From Prorocentrum cordatum (taxonomy: Eukaryota), in NCBI GenBank assembly GCA_963575745.1, contig CAUYUJ010000061.1, positions 1 through 64,000 of the forward strand: a DNA stretch of 64,000 nt, read 5' to 3'. This document shows, piece by piece, positions 56,729-64,000 of the stretch; position 1 is the first letter of the stretch, and each line of letters begins with the position of its first letter. Below the pieces are notes generated by a model. That model was not told where the DNA came from. It did not search any database and worked only from the letters and a program-made list of their open reading frames with translations. A program made the position numbers and the translations under genes.

Positions 56729-58040
56729 AACTCGTAGAGCTTCCCTTAGCAAGTTATTGCTGGAAGCTTTAGAGTAATTCCGAGCGCTGGAGAGCTAGTT
56801 GGCAAGAAAAATCTCGACGGACCTTTTGGTGACTTTTGGTCGGTTGAAAATTTTGTTCTCGAAATTGACCATTCGTTTGAGCTCTAGTATTTTTTCCCGT
56901 GATATTCGATCTTATTCCCGCTCGCCATCTTGATCTCAGCTCGATCGGGTAGCTTTTACTGCCAAAAAGCACTCTGGCGGGAACGGCCGTTTCGAGTCAT
57001 CTTGATACGCCTTGTCGGTAGTTTGTACTTAACTCGAGCTGTAGACCAGCAACAGAGCTGGTAAGCACACCTTTCGCACTCAGAATCATTAACCGCGTTC
57101 GCCTGTTGAATCTAGAGGTCTGAACTCGGTCTGCTAGCCGAGCTAGGTCTGCAAATCTATTGGTATTATTTTGGTAATCTTGATAGACGCCCTCGGCTCT
57201 CTGTACTTAACTCGAGCTACAGGACAGCTACAGAGCTGGTAAGCACATCCATCGCATTTAGAATCATTAATCGCATTCGCTTGTTGGATCTAGAGGTCTG
57301 AACTCGGTCTGCTAGCCGAGCTAGGTCTGCAAGCCTACTTGTATTATTTGGGTCATGTTGATAGACGCCCTCGGTGCTCTGTACCTAACTCGAGTTACAG
57401 GACAGCTACAGAGCTGGTAAGCACGCCTATCGCATCCAGAATCATTAGGCGCGTTTACCTGTCCAATCTAGACGTCTGAACTCGTTCTGCTAGCCGAGCT
57501 GGGTCCGCAAAGATATTCGCATCATTTTGGTCATCCTCGTAGACGCCCTCGGTTTTCTGTACTTAACTCGAGCTCTAGTGCAGCTACAGAGCTCATAATC
57601 ACAGACATCGATTGGAAATCATCAGACGCGGTCGTGCGTCGGCTCGAGAGCTCTGGACTCGGCCTGCTGCCCGAGCTAGGTTCGCAAAACTATTCGTATT
57701 GTTCGAGTTATTCTAAGAAGTGCTCTCAGTATTCCGCACTTAACTCGTGCTGGGGAGGGCTACAGTACTGCTGGTCACGGAAATCGATTCTGAGACATCC
57801 GACGCGTCTGTCTGTCGAACCCAGAGCTCGGAACTCAGTCTGCTGCTCGAACTAGGTTCGCGAAACTATTGTATTATTGGAGTTGTTCGTTTTTTGTTAG
57901 AGTCATCTGGAGAGGTCTGAAATCGATTGGGCTGAAAAACTAGTCGTTCTTTCGATTTTCTTTCAAATCCCTACGAGTCAGGAAGCTCTACGAGTCCCCC
58001 GGCGGTAACAAAGGTTGACGGTTTACCGCCGGCGTCCAGT
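56729..58040 (+). mobile_element. Complete type-A non-autonomous element inserted at T^T in a type-C body
   Basis: The flanks AGGGT^TTCAG...AAGAAGCCGG are contiguous at ~47873-47893. Confidence 0.88.
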
Positions 58041-58345
58041 TTCAGGTAAGAAGCCGGCGGTGGGTGGTGAGGAGCACACGCCCACCTCCGCCGGTCCACG
58101 ATCGCCGGAGCAACTCGCCGGAACCAGCAGCGGGTCCGGGAGCGTGGCTTCCTAGCGTTTCCCAATACGCGTGGCTCCAGGGTGCGCGAAGCGCTCCGGC
58201 ACAGCTTCGGAAGAGCTTCGGCAGTTCTTCCAGGCTCCCAGGCAGATCTTCCTTGCGCGCTTTGCAGGGCCCCACGCATCGTAAACGACGCCCCTGCAAG
58301 CGTCTCCTGCGAGGTTTCCAGCGTCCCGCGCATCGTTTCAGGCGA

Positions 58346-60422
58346 ACTTGACCTCTGAATGCGACAAGCGGACGCGTCTGATCAGACCGAGTTCAGACCT
58401 CTCAATGCGACAGACGGACGTGTCTGATGTCTGCGAATCGACTCATGTGATTACCAGCCCTGCAGCCCCCCTACAGCCCGAGTTAAGTGCAGAACACCGA
58501 CAGCATCTCTCAGGATGACTCGAATAATATAATAGTTTTGCAGGCCTGTTTCGAGCAGCAGACCAACGAACGCGCCTGATGTGTGCAAATCGATTTCTAT
58601 AGCCCTCCCCCAGAACGAGTTGAGTGCAGAAAATTGAGAGCACTTTTCACGATGATTCGGACAATACGAATAGTTTCGAGAACCTAGCTCGGGCAGCAGG
58701 CCGAGTTCAGAGCTCTCGATACAACAGACAAACGCGCCCGATAATTCTCAATCGATTTCTGTGACTGTAGGCTCTTTAGCTGCCTACAGCTCGAGTTAAG
58801 TACAGAAAATCCTGAGAGCGTTTGTCAAGATAACTCGAATAATACGAATAGATTTGCGGACCTAGCTCGGCTAGCAGACCGAGTTAAGACCTCTGGAGTC
58901 AAGAGGCAAACGCGCCTGATGATTCTGAGTGCGATAGGTGTGCTCACCAGCACTGTAGCTGCCCTGCAGCTCGAATTAAGTAAAAAATACCCACCACGCG
59001 TATCAAGTTGACTCGAATCATACGAATAGGTTTGCGGACCTAGCTCGGCTAGCAGACCGAGTTCAGACCTGTGGATTCAACAGGCGAACGCGCCCGATGA
59101 TTCTGAGTGCGATAGGTGTGCTTACCAACACTGTAGCTGCCCTACAGCTCGAGTTAAGTAGAGAATACCGACAACGCGTATCAGGTTAACTCGAATAATA
59201 CGAATAGATTTGCGGACCTAGCTCGGCTAGCAGACCGAGTTCAGACCTGTGGATTCAACAGACGAACGCGCCTGCTGATTCTGAAAGCGATAGGTGTGCT
59301 TACCAGCACTGTAGCTGCCCTACAGCTCGAGTTGAGTAGAGAATACCGACAACGCGTATCAAGTTGACTCGAATAATATGAATAGGTTTGCGGACCTAGC
59401 TCGGCTAGCAGACCGAGTTCAGACCTATGGTTTCAACAGGCGAACGCGCCTGATGATTCTGAGTGCGAGAGCTGTGCTTACCAGCTCTGTAGGTGTCCTA
59501 CAGCTCGAGTTAATTACAAAATACCGACAACGCATATCAAGATGACTCGAAACGACCGATCCCGCCAGTGTGCTTTTTGGCAGTAGAAGGTACCCGATCG
59601 AGCTGAGATCAAGATGGCGAGCGGGAATAAGATCGAATATCACGGGAAAAAATACTAGAGCTCTAACGAATGGTCAAATTTTGAGAACATAATTTTCAAC
59701 TGAGCAAAAGTTGTGAAAAGTTCAGTTCTTTTTTTTCGAGCCAACTAGCTCTCCAGCGCGCCGGAATTATTCTTAGCTTCCAGCTATATCTAGCTAAGGG
59801 AAGCTCTACGAGTTACCTTTGTTACCGCCGGGGGACTCGTAGAGATTCCTGACAGAATATAATGTGGGAAGAAATTCCAGAGAACAACTAGTTTTGAGCC
59901 CAAGCGATTTCAGACCTCTCAAGATGACTCTGACAAAAAAACGAACAGTTTGGCAACCCAGCTCGAGTATCAAACCGAGTTCAGACCTCTGAATGCGACA
60001 GGTGGACGCGTTTGATGTCCGCGAATCGACTCCTGTGATTACCAGCCTGCAGCCCCCCAACAGCCCGAGTTAAGTGCAGAAAACCGACAGCAGCTCTCAG
60101 GATAACTCGAATGATACAATAGTTTGGCGGGCCTAGTTCGAGCAGCAGACCGAGTTCCGAGCTCTGGGTTCGACAGACGGACGCACTTGTTGTCTCCAAA
60201 TCGATTTCTGTGACCAGCAGCACTGTAGCCCTCCCCCAGCACGAGTTAAGTGCAGAAAACCGAGAGCACTTTTCAAGATGACGTGAACAATACGAATACG
60301 TTCGTAAACCTAGCTCGGGCAGCAGGCCGAATTCAGAGCTCTCGATTGGACAGACGAACGCGGCTGATGATTCCCAATCGATCTAGGTCACTATCAGCTC
60401 TGTAACTGCCCTACAGCTCGAG
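58346..60422 (-). mobile_element. Inverted block of two type-A elements, one inserted in the hairpin loop of the other
   Basis: Reverse-complement 178-bp units; the minus strand reads ...CCGGCGGTAACAAAGGT|AACTCGTAGAGCTTCC at ~59799-59850. Confidence 0.85.
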
Positions 60423-62671
60423 CGCTGTCGGTTTTCTCAAGTTAACTCGAGCTTCAGGACAGCTAGAGCCAGCTGTATGACAGTTACAGAGCTCATAATC
60501 ACAGACATTCCCGGAGAGCTCTCAGAGAGCTAGAGGGTGTTCGATTAGAAGCCGGACGGTGGTGGTGCCCGCCAGCAGCCCATCTCCGCAGGTCCACGAT
60601 CCCCGCAGCGCCTCGCCCGGCCCGGCAGCGCGTCCGCAGCAATGCAGGATCGCTTCAGAAAGGTTTCACAGAGCTCGTCGGGCGCCCCAGGGGGGTGTGA
60701 CAGAGCTCTGCAGGCAGGCACGCGTCCACGCGTGCCTGCACGCGTCCACGCGTGCCTGCACGCGTGCAGGCACGCAAGGGGGCGTGCCTGGCAGTGCTTT
60801 CGAAGCGCTTCCGGGAGCCCCCAGCAGCTCACAAGAAAAGATATCCTGCCCCGGAAGGTGTCTTCGCTCTTCGGATTTGGGACGCAGTACCTCGTAGAGC
60901 TCTTCGGCATCGATGAGCTAGAGGACTTCCGGGGCGGGGTGGAGCTAGTTGGCCCAGCCGGCCGAGGCGGACCATGTGACAATTTTTGGGTGGTTTTACG
61001 AAAATTTGAAAGATATTTGGCCGTTTATTTTGAAAAAGCAGATTTTTACGCCGAGCATTGGCATATGAACTCCTCTTTGACAGCAGCTCAGCTCTCTCGA
61101 TGCATATTTGCATAAGTTGACTTCCCGGAACTGAGCGAATATCAACATCGAAAAAATCGAATTTCAAGATTTTCGAAAAATCTTCATTTTTTTAGTCTGT
61201 GTCGATTCTCTGCACTTTTACTAGTGAGAGGAGCTCTACGAGGTTCCCGGCGGTGACCAGGTTGACGGTTCACCGCCGGCGCCAGTAACTCGTAGAGCTT
61301 CCCTGAGAGCGCAGCGGCGAAGCTTGACTCGTAGACCTTCCCTAAGCTAGTTGCTGGAAGCTTAAGAGTAATTCCGGGGCGCTGGAGAGCTAGGTGGCAA
61401 GAAAAATCTCGACGGAACTTTTGGTGACTTTTGGTCGGTTGAAAATTTTGTTCTCGAAATTCAACAATTCGTTAGAGCTCTAGTATTTTTTCCCGTGATA
61501 TTCGATCTTATTCCCGCTCGCCATCTTGATCTCAGCTCGATCGGGTGAATATTACTATCGAAACGCACTCTGGCGGAATCGGCCGTTTTCAGTTATCTTG
61601 ATACGCGCTGACGGTTTTCTGAACATAACTCGAGCTGTAGAGCAGCTACAGAGCTGGTGAGCACAGCTAATCAATCTAGAATAATTAGGCGCGTTCGCCT
61701 GTCTAATTTAGAGGTCTGAACTCGGTCTGTGAGCCGAGCTAGGTTCGCAAACCTATCCGTAGTATTCGAGTCATTTTGACAGAAACTCTCGATTTTCTAT
61801 ACTTAACTCGAGCTGTATGACAGCTACAAAGCTGATGTTTACAGAAACTGATTCAGAATCGTCAGTTGCGTTTGTCCGTCGAATCCAGAGCCCTGAACTC
61901 GGTCAGCTGCCCGATCTAGACTCGCGAAATTGTTCGTATTGGTCGAGTCATCTTGATAGATGCTCTCGGTTTTCTTCACTGAACATGCGCTGAGAGCAGG
62001 CTACAGTTCTGGTTCTCACATGAATCGATTCGAAGAGATCATGCGCGTCCGTCTGTCGAATCCAGAGCTCGAGACTTGGTCTGCTGCCCGAATTAGGTCT
62101 GCGAAACTATTGTATTGTTCGAGTCATCCTGAGAGATGCTCTCGGTTTTCTGTACTTAACTCGGGCTGTAGGGGGGCTCCAGCGCTGGTAATGACAGGAG
62201 TCGATTCGCAGACATGAGACGCGTCCGCCTGTCGCATTCAGAGGTCAAATAATATTCACTATAAGTCAGAATGTTGGTAGGTGCTGTCGGTTTTCTCAAC
62301 TTAAGTCGAGCTAGGAAGCTCTACGAGTTCCCCGGCGGTAACCTGGTTGAGCAGAGCTTACCTCCTGCTCAGCCTGGCCTCACCGCTGGGGCCCCCCTCG
62401 TCTCGAGCTGCATTGTGCAGTAGGGAGTCTTCGGTTCCACATACTGTACACGGTGCTTCAGAGTCTGTTTTGCCTGAGTACCGCGGGTGCACATTTCAGA
62501 TTGCTTCTCAGTATTGCTCCAGTGGTGGGGAACTCTCAATACTTTGGGATTGATTCTTGCCAGAGCTTGTCAGTTTTGCTCCTTGTGCACTTTTCTGTGG
62601 ACTCTGTTACACGAGTGTTCATTGAGGTTGGCCACAACATACAACTCCGTCGCACGAGTGTCCATTCGAGT

Positions 62672-63793
62672 ATGGCGCTTCCAATGTCGGGCAGCCGTCG
62701 CAAGAGGGAAGACGAGGGGGCTGATGACATGGACGCTGAGAATCAACTAGATGCTGATATCCACGAATTGGCTTTCGACGAAAAGAATCCCATGCAACAA
62801 TTCTTCAACATGGGGAAAGCGCAACTGCAGCAGCAAAGAATTACTGACCGCAAGGTGACAGGCATGGTTAATGATATGGCTACCATGCAACGGCGGCAGG
62901 ACAGTGCTGAACGACGAATGGCTGAAGGCCAGGCTCAGATGGATCAACGAATGACAGATCTTGAGAAGCAGGTTTTGGAGCTCAAGTCTCATTCTGCTGC
63001 AGGTTCTGGGGTATCCACGGGTGCTACTTCTGGTGGCTTTGGGGGTGAGGCGACTTGGCCAAACGAGGCCAGGCGTCCATTCCGAGCCTTCAATCCAGAG
63101 TGGATCGATTTTCGTGGATGGGTGGTCGACTGGAAGAATCCGATTCGACGGTCAGAACAAATGATTTCAGATCGTGACGTTGGCATTCTCATTCACAACT
63201 TGAAGATGAGCCTCCCAGAGGATGACCGTGCAAAGATTGATGAGCTTGGCACGCTTCGTATGAATGGGAATCGTCCTAACTTCGCAGACTTCCGCATCAA
63301 GTTTACCACTGGTACTGAGTCAGACGTGCTCTGGAGGTGCAAAAAGTTTTGGGATGAAGCTCTGATCCCGCCTGAGGATCGAACTGAGGAGCAAAGGTCT
63401 CGAGCCCGTCCGACGCCACAGGACCTTTTCAAAGACATGGACAACAGACCGTGTGCGGCTGGAGGCTCCATTCGGATCAAGACACAGGCACCGCCATGGA
63501 AAGAAGACCACATCAATGCTGTTGGCAGATTCCATGGTGTTTGGCGCGATACGGTCATTGCGAAGAATCCTGAAACGACAATGAAGATTAAGGGAGTCCC
63601 TGGGAGTGGAAAGGGGGTCAGTGTGATGTGGACCATTCCCCCATGTCTCCGTACCAAAAGAAGCATGGAGCTGGCCAAGTGGAAACAGGATACGGGCACT
63701 TGGACTGTTGATCAGACGGTCTGGAACGAAGTTGTCATGACATACGGCATCGCCACGACCCATAAGGAAATGGAGGATGCACTCGGACAATGA
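62672..63793 (+). CDS. LINE family 1 ORF1, copy B (373 aa)
   Basis: Colinear with 21699..22820; many differences are synonymous. Confidence 0.87.
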   Translation: MALPMSGSRRKREDEGADDMDAENQLDADIHELAFDEKNPMQQFFNMGKAQLQQQRITDRKVTGMVNDMATMQRRQDSAERRMAEGQAQMDQRMTDLEKQVLELKSHSAAGSGVSTGATSGGFGGEATWPNEARRPFRAFNPEWIDFRGWVVDWKNPIRRSEQMISDRDVGILIHNLKMSLPEDDRAKIDELGTLRMNGNRPNFADFRIKFTTGTESDVLWRCKKFWDEALIPPEDRTEEQRSRARPTPQDLFKDMDNRPCAAGGSIRIKTQAPPWKEDHINAVGRFHGVWRDTVIAKNPETTMKIKGVPGSGKGVSVMWTIPPCLRTKRSMELAKWKQDTGTWTVDQTVWNEVVMTYGIATTHKEMEDALGQ

Positions 63794-63817
63794 GGGTGCT
63801 GCGAGAGATCCAGAAGC

Positions 63818-64000
63818 ATGGCTCTCGCTACTCTCGCGGCAGGCACACTCAATGTTGCGAGAGCTGGGCGGCTCGAGTCTCGGGCATACGCTATTCTACG
63901 AGCACTACATGGGGTAGGCTTAAATGTTGTGGCTTTGCAAGAATGTCAAAACGTTGACTTCAATGACACCTTAATTCAGCGTCTGGGGTGGGATGCTGTT
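63818..64000 (+). CDS. LINE family 1 ORF2 N-terminus (APE), partial
   Basis: Begins MALATLAAGTLNV...LQECQN as in copy A. Confidence 0.87.
   Translation, partial: MALATLAAGTLNVARAGRLESRAYAILRALHGVGLNVVALQECQNVDFNDTLIQRLGWDAV

Larger units (their letters stand above)
40414..62350 (+). mobile_element. Continuation of the nested non-autonomous Helentron-associated array (types A, B and GC-rich type C), with two RT-less retro-insertions and an inverted block
   Basis: Hairpin ends near 40447, 41587, 42973, 44192, 44476, 46347, 47749, 48563, 49110, 50103, 52464, 53443, 56697, 58040 and 61286; 5' ends AACTCGTAGAGCTTCC or ACCTCGTAGAGCTCT. Confidence 0.85.
62351..64000 (+). mobile_element. LINE family 1 copy B, running off the window end
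   Basis: Follows CCGGCGGTAACCTGGTTGA; leader, ORF1 and ORF2 start are homologous to 21308-23030. Confidence 0.92.

Noticed and set aside
27061..62300. Many 60-150-aa ORFs in the repeat array
   Set aside because: Frames and stops are not conserved between repeat copies.
27084..62350. CRISPR array or integron attC/cassette array suggested by the recurring palindrome
   Set aside because: The intervening segments are 0.3-1.4-kb homologous repeats, not unique spacers or gene cassettes; no cas or integrase gene; the subTIR+hairpin anatomy fits Helentron partners.
62453..62671. N-terminal extensions of ORF1-type calls (also 34878-34937, 51151-51210, 55322-55441)
   Set aside because: Non-ATG starts in UTR or target DNA; copy A has an in-frame stop just before the ORF1 ATG.

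Overview
Eukaryotic window made almost entirely of transposons; no host gene is recognisable. The host may be a protist such as a dinoflagellate, but this is a weak inference from GC content and RRLGRKT-type motifs. (1) 1-~27.1 kb is a giant Helentron/Helitron2-like rolling-circle element. Its ~5,700-aa polyprotein is broken by one frameshift at ~5835 and carries CW-finger-like and Tudor-like segments, HUH Rep, PIF1 helicase, AP/EEP endonuclease and a USP (C19) protease. A (TG)n-rich 3' region follows, then a sub-terminal inverted repeat plus hairpin end. (2) ~27-62 kb is a nested pile of non-autonomous partners (HINE/DINE-like; three body types, one with 178-bp tandem repeats) that share this end and insert after T with no TSD. 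(3) Five retroelements all sit in the loop of that 3' hairpin: three APE-RT non-LTR retrotransposons from two diverged families and two copies of an RT-less 1.3-kb element, all sharing a 5' leader. Both full ORF2s have a WADN RT active site and a circularly permuted RNase H, and ORF2 lies in frame with ORF1 behind a conserved UGA-RGG-UGC plus stem-loop. Together this looks like a multi-tier transposon/hyperparasite system.
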